From Leucoraja ocellata (Eukaryota), in assembly GCA_036785375.1 (NCBI GenBank), contig JAWMAR010000060.1, positions 5,022,001-5,086,000 of the forward strand: 64,000 nt of DNA, read 5' to 3'. The notes below the pieces were generated by a model. It was not told the DNA's origin, searched no databases, and was given only the letters and a program-made list of their open reading frames with translations. Each line of letters opens with the position of its first letter. Position 1 is the stretch's first letter. This document shows positions 14,425 through 26,200 of the stretch, piece by piece. Position numbers and translations under genes: made by a program.

Positions 14425-14508
14425 AACTGCAGTAATTCAGACAGTCTCGTGTTGTAGAGTTAGACTTTAGCCCCAACAACATGAAACTACCTAAATCACA
14501 CATCAGTT
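14425..14508 (-). ncRNA. MIR196: miR-196 precursor (HoxA-linked, miR-196b positional orthologue)
   Basis: Mature UAGGUAGUUUCAUGUUGUUGGG is the reverse complement of 14472-14493. The 3' arm CUACAACACGAGACUGUCUGAAUUAC pairs into a hairpin closed by AACUG/CAGUU. Located between Hox10 and Hox9. Confidence 0.96.
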
Positions 14509-15176
14509 CTATCTCAGCTCTTTAGATTCCTATCACTGTACATTAGTAGTGGGACAATCTATATCCACATTCAACAAGCTTACTCAAATAGAGGTCATAA
14601 TCATTGCGCTTCTCGTCAAAACCTCGCATGTATTTACCAAAATCGAAAAGCACTCATTCCACATGCAAAGCTGTTTGTCTCTGAAATCATTTTCCAAATT
14701 ATTGAGGGGATTCCGGGTTTCATACCGAATTCCAATTCAAATGAATAAATTGAATTGCAAATTCAGCACAATAATACATGTTAGTCCCCACTAAATATGG
14801 CGGGGTTCTTTATTATCTCTGAACAGGATTTCACGCGATCTGAATACATGTCATTCATTCCAGTAATGATAAGCCATTGCAACTTGTGTGCACAGCAATA
14901 ATCACGAGTTCAAGGTTTGCCCGAAGAAAAGAGCNNNNNNNNNNNNNNNNNNNNNNNNNNNNNNNNNNNNNNNNNNNNNNNNNNNNNNNNNNNNNNNNNN
15001 NNNNNNNNNNNNNNNNNNNNNNNNNNNNNNNNNNNNNNNNNNNNNNNNNNNNNNNNNNNNNNNNNNNTCCCCAAAGGAAAACAAACAATGCAGTAGTTTT
15101 ACGTTTTCTCTACTAACGCCACCGATTGCATTAAACATATACTAAAAGCACAAGTTTGTTAGAAATGATCCCTTAC

Positions 15177-15511
15177 CTATTGGTCTAAACAGAGGATAAT
15201 GGATCTCGTTCTTCATATAGATCTCACCTTCAATGTGAATGCTTCCAGATGTTTTATCTACTAAGATTTTTCGATTCTTCAAACTCTTCTGATTATTGCA
15301 GATTAAAAGATCTGGTGCGTATTTTGTTCAAAGAAAATCAATTTCCTACATCCGAGCGGTGCTCTGCTTCCTCTGTCTTCGTGGCTGTTCGCTGAACTGA
15401 AACCACTCGTCCAAGACAGCAACAACCCAGATATACTAGCAAGTCATAAAACTCAACAAAAGCCGACAAACGTTACAGCACCATCGCTATATAGCCCAGA
15501 CAAATTACGAC
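15177..15511 (-). promoter_or_regulatory. Candidate promoter and non-coding first exon of the miR-196 host transcript
   Basis: TATATA at 15488-15493; Abd-B/Cdx-type motifs GTCGTAAT (15504-15511, minus) and GTCATAAA (15443-15450); strong donor AG|GTAAGG at 15177/15176, upstream of the hairpin. Confidence 0.45.
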
Positions 15512-16411
15512 CGTCTAGGTAATATTTAAATAGATTGCAACGGTAATTGCCAGTCTTTAAACCACCATTCCTGCAGTAAACTTCCTCAACAGATAAGGTA
15601 AGAAAAAAACGAACACAAAATGAAGTAAAAACAATGTGCATATACCTATCTCAATGGACTGCGACGAAATACGTTTTATTCACCTTCCAGGAAACACAAG
15701 TTTTTGTTAACGTACAGAAAGCAGCAGCAATAGGTCTAAGCATGAGCTGAGTTTTCCAGTACGAGTATTTCATCTTTTCGAAACCAGAATGAATCAATTC
15801 TAATTGATTTTATTTTCTTTTGGAAGTGAATCGACGGCATTGAATAAAAGGTCCGACATTCTACTTAGTTATGTTTGCAACAAGGTTTCACATTTAAATG
15901 TGCTATGGTGTTTCCATTCATGGCATGTGATATATTTATGTAACAACACACTTTACAGCATATTCACATTTAACTTTTTTTTATCAACATGTCGGTATAT
16001 GGTAGTAACATCATCCTGGAACTATTTTAACAGCATTAAATGTATTTAAATATTACAATGTTCGATTTACGTAGCTGATAATTGGTAACTAGCACAATTA
16101 AATGATTGTTGACATGTTCAACCACCCCCCCCCCCCCCCTCACAATCCTATCCCTCCGCAGTTGTTTGGAAAATTCTCATATAGGAGGACAACTTCTGTG
16201 CATGCCTTGCTTATCATTGGCAACACTTATTATTATAGATACAGAAACAGACTAGCGCCACAAATAAAAACAAAAACACATAAATCGCATTTATCTACAA
16301 TCAGCACAAGGCTGAGAAGTCAGAGGTAAGTGGAAAAGTTTTTAGTCTTTCAGTAACACTAGCACAACTTCCCGATGTCCGAGTAAATAGGCAAACCAGT
16401 GTCTGTATTTA

Positions 16412-16686
16412 TCATGAAAAGCTGAAGTTAGCTGTGAGCTCCCGAATCCTGTTCTCACGGTTCATTTTCTTGAGTTTCATTCTGCGATTTTGAAACCAGA
16501 TTTTGACCTGTCTGTCAGTCAGGTGGACACTGCGGCTAATCTCTAGGCGACGCTCTCGAGTCAGGTACATGTTGAAAAGAAACTCTTTCTCCAGCTCCAG
16601 GGTCTGATGTTTGGTGTAAGGGCATCGTTTTTTCCTGCCACTCTTTGCAGTCAGCCAGTTAGCCCCATTTTCAGCTTTCACTTCCC
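16412..16686 (-). CDS. HOXA10: HoxA10 exon 2 (homeodomain)
   Basis: Acceptor cttaatag|GG at 16687/16686. Translates [90 protein letters not shown]. Confidence 0.96.
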
Positions 16687-18281
16687 CTATTAAGTAAAAA
16701 AAATGATAGAAAACAAAGGAAAGAAAAAAAAACNNNNNNNNNNNNNNNNNNNNNNNNNNNNNNNNNNNNNNNNNNNNNNNNNNNNNNNNNNNNNNNNNNN
16801 NNNNNNNNNNNNNNNNNNNNNNNNNNNNNNNNNNNNNNNNNNNNNNNNNNNNNNNNNNNNNNNNNNNNNNNNNNNNNNNNNNNNNNNNNNNNNNNNNNNN
16901 NNNNNNNNNNNNNNNNNNNNNNNNNNNNNNNNNNNNNNNNNNNNNNNAAAAGAAAATTTCGTCAAATAATTTTCAATGATAACTTAATTGTGGTAAAATG
17001 GACGTTTTACCTGTGTTCATGTTATTGTACCAAGAAATAGGTACAATATATAGGTATTATTGTATCAACTATTAAAAATGCTATATTCTCCATTTATTTT
17101 GCATTTTAATTGTTAATACAATGGCAATATTGTTCCATTTTTGTCCATACATTGGGTACATACTCGCATTGAATGGAAACAATAACATTTTGAACTATAT
17201 CAAGGTTTAATCAGATTTCTGAAATGGGGGATGATATGGTATTGTAATGAACCATGAGGGCTATTAGGATGAAGATGGAATTGGTCTGAAATCTGTATGT
17301 TAATGGCATTGGATATATTTAAACAATTGTCAAGAATCTTATGTACTTGGAGTAACTGTCAGATTGATTTCACGTCATTCAAGGGTCTTATAATTCTTCG
17401 CTTTTAAGATGCTTGGTTAATACCAACGCAGTTGGTTATTCGCAAAATGAAAATTTCTCCTGCAAATATCGCAATATTCAATATTTTGCTTTGCACCAGT
17501 AAGCATGTCTTTCCCCCTGCTATCATGTACAAAGATTACGTTTTCAGTCCTATTTCTCGCCATGTTCCACACCAAACAAATCCTATCTTCATCCATGACA
17601 ATATCCAATGAGATTGAGCGGAGTTTTTCGTTTAAGAAAATAACTTTGAATGCAACAGATCGAAATGTATTCGTCTTCAATGTTTTAAAGCTCTAGCCTC
17701 TTCAACTCCTCAATTTTCTCACTTGAACTAGCTCACTCAAATGTTTTCTTTGGAAGTTCGTTAGAGTTGCAATTAAACTAATCGGTGGACATTTTAACCA
17801 TTTTATTATGGTGCTCCCATGTTGTTAACTAGATGGATTTCAAATACAGTAAAATAAAAACTAGGCATCCCCTAAAACTGTCTTTTAACATCTAAGTTTA
17901 AACAAAAGCATATGCAATAAATCGACATTGACCTAAAAGCACCAAATGTCTTAAAGTAAAATATGGCAGTGATATATTATATTATTTTGAAAACTTTTCT
18001 TATTTTCATTTCATTTTTTTTCTGGAAAGACGCGCTAGATCATAAAACGTTCCTGGGTTCCTTTGAGTATTATTCATTGGCTGTCTTTTATTTACTTTGG
18101 ACCCTGTGTGCAAATATGTGCTTCTATGCGGTACACTTACATAACTGCAATAAGGATTCGTGGTTTGTAACTTATCTGACAAGTTTAGAATGTGAGTACA
18201 ATTGATTCCGGAGCGTGGGCTCATGCTATAAACTATAGTAGGCATTAATTTTTACAGCATAGCTCACGCCCAAAAATAAAA

Positions 18282-18295
18282 AGTTCACAAGGTCA
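18282..18295 (+). promoter_or_regulatory. DR2 nuclear-receptor (RARE-type) element in the HoxA10 intron
   Basis: AGTTCA-ca-AGGTCA, an exact RGKTCA direct repeat with a 2-nt spacer. Confidence 0.5.
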
Positions 18296-18405
18296 AAATA
18301 AACCCCCCTTTGTTAGGCTTGTTGGCTGTACCTGCCACGTCTACTCTGATTGTTAGCTTCTGATTGTTCGCTCTGTAAATCGCCCACTGTCTATTTTGTA
18401 CCTAC

Positions 18406-19165
18406 CTTTTGTTTCTTTCTCAGGAGAGTTTTTGCTGCTTTCTGAATGGACTGGTGAAGATTCTTCGTTTGGTGAAGATGCCGGAGCCTCTGCCTCTTCT
18501 CTCTCCGAGCCGCAGGTTAAATGGCCGGGGGATGTCCCCTCGCTTCCTTTTCTCCCCAATTCACTCGGGGTCGAAGCTGAAGAAGGGGGTGTTCCAAAAC
18601 GGATCTGGGACTGAGGCACGAACGGAGAGGCCCCAACCTGCCCAGTGTTGGTATAAAGTGTCTGTTTGGTTGTCGGATAGGCTTGGGACAGACGGAAATA
18701 GCCGGGCACAGGAACCCCGCCGCTAGTAGTAGTGTCAGTATTGGAGCACGATTCTGATGTTAGCCTTGGAAACGTGGAAAGATCTGTTGCTGCCGCGCTT
18801 TTTGGACATTTCTCAGAATCATATAAGCAATATGCATTTTCTTCTTTGATATTCTGGGGGAAGGAACATGCTGCTACTTGCTGGGTTGCAGGTTGCTCCA
18901 TGCGACAGGACCTGGGAGGATCTGACCAGACCTCCATCCCGCTCATGTAGGGATGAGAAGTCAGGACCATACTCTGAGAGTTGTTCTCACTGCGTTTGCT
19001 CAGAGATGGGAAAAGTCCACAGTTTTGGATGCCGTATGATAGATCAGAGGCAGGCGGCAGGTATACGCTGTTGTTGGGGTAATAGGTTCCTTCCCCGCCA
19101 CGGCCCACGCTGATCAGAGAATCTACTAAAAAGGAGTTTGCAGCCGGGCTGTCTGAGCATGACAT
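18406..19165 (-). CDS. HOXA10: HoxA10 exon 1
   Basis: MSCSDSPAANSFLVDSLIS...CSFPQNIKEE...VPVPGYFRLSQAY. Donor AAA G|GTAGGT at 18406/18405. Spliced CDS is 1035 nt, 344 aa. Confidence 0.96.
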
Positions 19166-20430
19166 TGTTGTGGGGTAATTTGGCGAAAGCAGAAGATATC
19201 CAGTTCAGGCTGACATTTCTTGTGCAAACACGTTGAATATGATTAGAGATACCTCCGCAGCACGACAGGCGGGACGAACCAATCAAATGGCATAGCTGGC
19301 CATAAGCCCCTCCTTCATGGTGGGGCTACGTCACCAGAACGGCAATAAGGTCACCATATGTGTTCGGTAAACTGCAAAAACGTCTAAATGCATCTTTATT
19401 TATTCAGTTCTACTTTATTAGAATCACGTCCTTCAAATAAAATAAAAGAGGGGCAAAATTGTAATTCAATACTACAAGTTTCAGCAAAATGTGAAGCTAC
19501 CTAACTGTTTCAAAGTAGCAATTATTTACATATTTCCAATTATTCGCACACGCGGTTGATAAAAAGAACAAAGTTGTAGTTCTATATTGTACAATTTTAA
19601 TCACGCGTTAAGTTTCGCAGGCGGATACTTGCAAGAAAACAGAAGTAATCTTGACTTTCACGGGTCTGATTGTAATTACCCAGCCGCCTGCTGCAACAGT
19701 TTCACAGTGATCACTGTGATTCAGACCCACAATGAGCCTTTCCTTATTGTTACTTCTGGTACCATTCCTTGTATGCGCAGGGTTGAAGAATCACTCTTGA
19801 AATACAAGTCCTTGATTGTATATCTGGCCCCTTTTTGTAGTTTAGAGTTTAGTGGGTTAATGGGACATATTGCATCTCTGTAAGTTAAGTGTAGAAGGTC
19901 GGGCACAACAAACTAATTCTACAACCACTTCCTTTTATCCATTCATCTATTTCCCGACCGAGGCTGACTGGGTTGTGGCAATTCTTGAAATTTCTTACCA
20001 AATAACAATTTCAAGAAATAGAAAACATTTGGTTCGAAATACTTGATCATGTGTTCTTCAATTGGCTGGGCCAAGAACACACATCGTTTACCACATCTAT
20101 AAAATCGACCTCATCATATCGTCTTAAAAATAGAATACACTGCAGTTAAACAAAATTTACAAGTATCTCAACTACAATCGGGTCAAGTTTTTTTTTAAGC
20201 GCGCTATAGATGCCTCCTCCAGAGTATGACACTCCATCCCATCCAAAGATAACTTAGAAATGAAACCAGAGGGGTGAAAATGCTTTACCTTTTTCCATGG
20301 GGACTTCGATTGGTGAACTATTTATCACAAGAATTTAAGGTGGAAGATAATTATACTCAATCTACAGCTATTATCATAATATCAGTGCAAAAAGAAAGTA
20401 ATGCAACAACGATAAGAGCCCCCTCCAAAT

Positions 20431-20481
20431 ACACGCACGCACGCACCCACACACACACACACACACATACACACACATACA
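20431..20481. repeat. (CA)n/(CACG)n microsatellite
   Basis: acacgcacgcacgcacccacacacacacacacacacatacacacacatac. Confidence 0.85.
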
Positions 20482-23162
20482 TAAATCCCTTGTGATCCAA
20501 GGCAAGGGAGGCTTTTAACAGTGTATTTGTGGCATATTTCTTCAATATGTTTCAATGGGAATCTGAATACAAAACTATTCTGTGTGTCGGTCATATTGTA
20601 TGTATTTTGATCGGCCATCTCCGTAATAAAATGCAGCGCAGCAAGCAATGCCGCCGTAAATGTCGTCTTTAGATTTGGATGTAATATTAAATCTCTAACA
20701 TTACTGTGTTTTTCTACGAGCCATCTTTTAGCCGCACTCAAAATGTGAACCGTGCCGCCCCACCCCCACACTCTTCCCCACCGCCACTCTGTACTATTAT
20801 TCCAATTGCAGTTATTTTAACTTCTGACGCTGGATTAAAGCACAGAAAATGTTGTTAATCTAAAGCAGATTATTTAAAATATCGTTTCAGTTAAAGTCAG
20901 CGGGATATGAAGGCCGGCTTTACACGCACCGTGTTTGCTAAAGGGCCGTCTCGGAGGATTCCTTATGCATGCTTGTTTTTAAGCACAAACGACTGTTTAG
21001 AATTATCACGGCCGTCCAAAAATCATATAAAAACCTGAATGTTCTTTATCGAAATTTTTGAAAATATTCCCGTTTGCAATCCCTCTGAGCCAATGACACG
21101 TATGATCATGGGAGCAGACAAAGATTTAATGGGTAAAAATAACAATTACCATCTCTGCCAGAGTCTCATATATAAAGGTCCAGGCTACTGTACAGCAATG
21201 CTAACAAGCGGTGCATTTATGTGTTGGAGGCATGATATTTATCTGGTTCTTTTTGCAAATGTTTCATTGCTTAATAAATTGATACCATATTTGGATAATT
21301 TTATTGGGGCATTTTTGGAAAGGTTTAAACGTCTATAACCCAATTTCCCCAGTAAAACTGTAATGGGGATGGTGGATTGATTTCTCCTGTTTCTAAGATA
21401 CTGCAGGCCTTTCTGAACTTTATGGATAGGAATGGAGCGAGGAGCTGGGAGTCTCATGTGAACATTTAAAAAGCCCACACCAGGAAGTAATTGAAGCAGC
21501 AAGGATTTGCGGGAAATAAGTTTATTTTCTAGCTTCTAGTGTGTACGTGACTGTTAATTGCGACATTGGTAACAGTTAAGAAATGCGTTTAATGCCGAGG
21601 AGGTTGGGCGAGATGAAATAGCTTTATCGCCTATTTCAGGAATATGGCGAGGGGAAAAATTAAATTAAAGAAATAGCTTTAGAAAGTGCATAGTTATACA
21701 ATACTTTTAATGGCCATTAATGCGTTCCATTTGGCATAAGAAAGAATAATGAAGCCACATTTCTTTGCGCCAAGCTATGTCGACCGTGGGTACTGCAAGA
21801 TTTCTACATTTCTCCATCAACGCGTAAGCAATAAACACACGTCTTACAACGCTGCAACAATCGAGGTAAATAATATAGTCCAGTCTGTTATAAAAGGACG
21901 AGCATAGATTGCAGTGGCGCATGTAGTGCTTCTTCAGTAAATAAGCGATTTCAATGTCTAAACTGAGCAGGCTGTGCCCACTCAGAGCTCGGGCTCGTTG
22001 TTAGCCTAGATCGTGAACTTAAGACTGAAGGCCAGACTGAGTGCCTTTCACCCTGTTTTCCGGATAAAATTCCAAGAAGAAGACTCGTATGCTCGCCACC
22101 TACACCACCGAGTGAGATTGCTTATAATTATGTAGTTCTTGTTTGCAGTCACAAAATCTATCCAACACTTCGTGAACTTCAAAAAAAAACTCCTCGCCCT
22201 TCAAGTGTATAGGCCATTGTATGTACGCAGTGAAATCTTTTCGTAGAGGGGCCAGGGCAAATATTTGCCATCTACGGCGCTGATTTAACATACATGGCGT
22301 TTTCAACAAGAAGTAATAACAATTCTCTGTAATTCGCTAAGATTGCTGGAGAAGTTGAAAAGAGATCATTATTTTATGTCTCCGAGATAAATCTGAAAAG
22401 AATGTCACCCTTTATCTGTTTATGTATTCAATAATGTTGTAAGCAACCACTTCGGAATCACATTACTTTCAAAATGATTTCTATTTCTTGAAATTTTTAG
22501 GTAAAAATATTTTAAAATAAAATGCACCAACTGTAAAAATCGATGGTAAATGGATAAAATTGAAAATTCGCTGCATTAAAGGGCTTGGTTTCTTTATATT
22601 GGACACTTAAAGAATAAAACACGTTGAAATAGAAACACTGTTCGGTAATTTTAGAAAGCCATGCAACACTAACTTTTTGCACAGTGTACAATCAAAATGT
22701 AAACTAACGTCTATCAATCGCAGACAAGAAATCTAAAAATCAAGGATATCAAACCTCACCAAATGTTATCATCCTCTAAATCTACAAATTTAACTAATCT
22801 GGTTAATTGCTACCACGGAATTGCTATTGAAACACTGATATTTCTTGCTGGATAGTTTGTGATATAATGCTTTATTTCTTTTTTTAAAAAGATAGCGAGT
22901 CTAACACTTAAATTTAAAGACATCGTTTACACTCGCATTTGAATGAAAGAGAAACGGAAATCCAGCCAGAAAGCAAAGGATGTCAACAGTGTACAATAAG
23001 TCCGAATGAAGTGCAGAGTAATAACAGAAATAGACGCATAACTGTTTTATGGTTTGGAATGACAAAAATATTAATAACCATATTTTTCAATTGCCTGCTT
23101 AAAAAGACTTCCGTAAGCATGTCTCGAACAATTTAAAACTGAGACAAAAGACTTCCATTGAA

Positions 23163-23254
23163 GCAGCGCCTTTCACAACCTTGGGACGTCCCAAAGTGCT
23201 TTACAGCCAATGGAGTACTTTTTGATGTGCAGTCCCTGTTGTAACGTGGGAGAC
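23163..23254 (-). mobile_element. Deu-SINE (SacSINE1/AmnSINE1-like) central-domain fragment
   Basis: gcgcctttcacaacc..ggacgtcccaaagtgctttacagccaatggagtactttttgatgtgcagtccctgttgtaa resembles the Deu-domain consensus as recalled. Strand is inferred. Confidence 0.6.
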
Positions 23255-26200
23255 CTAATTAGTTTGTTCTATTTTAATTTCATTTCAGTCAGCTATTTTA
23301 CTGTTATATAGAATTATGCGCCAATATACCCTCTAAAAAATAAAACAAAGAAAGCGCAATTGGATTATACGATTTCAAATGAATAATCGACTTTGAACGT
23401 GAACAATGAGCAATATTCCGCAAGGTAAAGGGTTTTTACTAGTGAAATCAAGCGCTTGTATTTATAATGAAGATTACAGCGATGTACACTTCAATTTAGG
23501 CCTTATCAACAGTTTATATCGACAAGATTGAGCAATTACAAGAAAAAAGCAGTCTAACAATTCAAAAGAAGCCCAGATAAAAATAGGATGGGGATCTTAA
23601 ATTTGTTTTGTGAATCGAATGGAGTAAATAGTCTATTGTGAATTGAGAAATTGCTTTTAATATAAAGTGTCTTAGGTAATCCTAATGTTAATTTCGCTTT
23701 AAAGATTACATTAAAGAATGCTTACCTTATGCGGAAACTACGCGTGCAAAATAATTGCAAATAAACACAGAATTGCGCAAACTCATATTATTCTCCGTGT
23801 CTTTAAAATTAACGAGATATTTATGTTGAATAGATTTTGTTGAAATAAGGAGCCAGATTTTATTCATATGAAATTGTGTTTTTGTTAACATATCGTTTTT
23901 CATAATCTGACGAACAGATTTTCACTTTACTAATCGTGATTCTAAGAAAACGACGGTAGAGTTTTTGTTTTCACGCTGACAAAATAGCTCACTTGCTTTA
24001 TAACAAAAAAGCGGCAATTCAGTTGCACAGGCCACGGTGAAGGTGACGCAGCGGGGGTCGAGTCACAAACCAAAATGGTCCATGTTATGAACCACGTTGA
24101 AAATAAAGAGTTGGCGTAAAATGTACAATTACAACACATTCCTCACATCAGTGCCATACTCTGACGAGAACGTTTCATTCAATAACTTGATACCTTTAAA
24201 CAATGAAGGATTCGTGGTATTAATGTTCAATGTAACGCCGTTCCATTGCCTAGCATTCATTTCATATTAAAACAAACACACTGTTCTTCAACTATGAAGT
24301 GCACACGCTAGTTCTGTTTTATGTACAGCTTCCACGTTCCAGAATAAACCGGTAAATTTCATTACTGTACCCCCACCCATCTTGTCAAATAAAAAATTTA
24401 AAAAACTGGCTGCCCAAACTCTTTCGTATTTTACAATTTGCGATCGCAGAAGTAAACTTTCTTTAAGTAATTTACTTTAAAATATGTTCGAATGTTTTGA
24501 TGCAAAAGGCTATGCAAAGGGATATCTGTGCCCTGGTTCAATTAAGCAGCGAACTGCACACAATGAACATTATCGGAAAGTGTTTTGTTAGACATAGAAA
24601 AAGAAGAGATTGGCCTTTTTAAAACAATGATAAGCCCAACCGAGTTGTCTAGACTGTTTTATTGTCCGAAAAGTTGGGAAGTTGGAGTTCGAGCTCATGT
24701 TTATTTTTAGTTCACCCTAGCTTTATCTATTCATTCCTTCACTGGCCCACGTTATTGGCAATCTCACTCAGAAAATGCCTACCTTTCCCACTGTTTATTT
24801 TTCAAGATTTATCCGTTACATATTATCAAATCATTAGATATTTAATCAAAGGGTTAATATTTGATGATAATTGAAAGACATGTATTTCAGTAATTAGAAA
24901 CTGGCTTGCACTAGTTTCTGAAGCACAAATCCTGCCAAGATAATAAAGAGGTTGTTGAAATGGTCTCTTTTTAAAAGATATGCTCTTTAACAGATAGGCT
25001 GCCGTTGACATTTTGCGTATATCGTTACATCAAATATTAAGATTTAAATTGCCATTAGAAACTAAGATTTTTTTTTAGTTTTTTTTTTAAATTAGGATCT
25101 GGCTATTAAATTTATTTAGTACTGCAATGCCCGAATATATTTTATACAGCAACCAAGAACAGAATGAATGACCATAGTACTGTGGTGCAAGTGCCAATCC
25201 TAGACCCAGAGGGCGCTATGGCCTAAGGTTGCTCGAGCTTTCAAATGGTATGCTTTAAATATTCAAGTTGTACTGATTCTTGATAGGGATGCATTTCATG
25301 ACATTCTTGATAACACGCCATTAAATAATATGAAGATAATAATTGGGAGTAGCCATTTTAGTCAAATAATCTGAAACAAAGGAATGAAGTGAAAGGAATA
25401 CTATTGGTTGGCAGCATTATTCAAGTTATAGTAAGTAAGAAACATTTTCACAGAAAAATTCCATTGCTAACAATTAATGAATATTGACGTTTTAACGAAA
25501 CCCTTTACTAACTTATCACAATCCCATAATGCNNNNNNNNNNNNNNNNNNNNNNNNNNNNNNNNNNNNNNNNNNNNNNNNNNNNNNNNNNNNNNNNNNNN
25601 NNNNNNNNNNNNNNNNNNNNNNNNNNNNNNNNNNNNNNNNNNNNNNNNNNNNNNNNNNNNNNNNNNNNNNNNNNNNNNNNNNNNNNNNNNNNNNNNNNNN
25701 NNNNNNNNNNNNNNNNNNNNNNNNNNNNNNNNNNNNNNNNNNNNNNNNNNNNNNNNNNNNNNNNNNNNNNNNNNNNNNNNNNNNNNNNNNNNNNNACTAC
25801 AGTATATTCATCCACCACGATAATTTAACGCAATAAAATTTGTCACAAATATCATGTTTATACATTGTTCAGTCAAACTAGTTTTATAGGACATCGTTAC
25901 CGAACCGCACAAGACAATTTTAATCTCAGTATTCCCACAGGAAACGATCAGCAAGTATGAACTTCATGTGAAATTTACATAAAAATGCACACAATCGCGT
26001 ACTTATTCTTAGTTTAACAAGCTCCGACATAAAAATAGGGTTTGGTAAATTTTACATAACTTGGCACAGTTGCTAATTAGCTTTCTAACCTTAAAAAAAA
26101 CTGGTCAACGGACATCAACAAATAAGAGGTATAATCTGGAACAATGGGTTTATTTAATTTCTGCGTTAACTGTCAAAATTAAGTAATGCGAAAAAGAATC

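Noticed and set aside
18396-19113. Plus-strand ORFs overlapping Hox exons (also 8442-8705, 45222-45560)
   Set aside because: Antisense shadows of GC-richer coding sequence with no recognisable domain.
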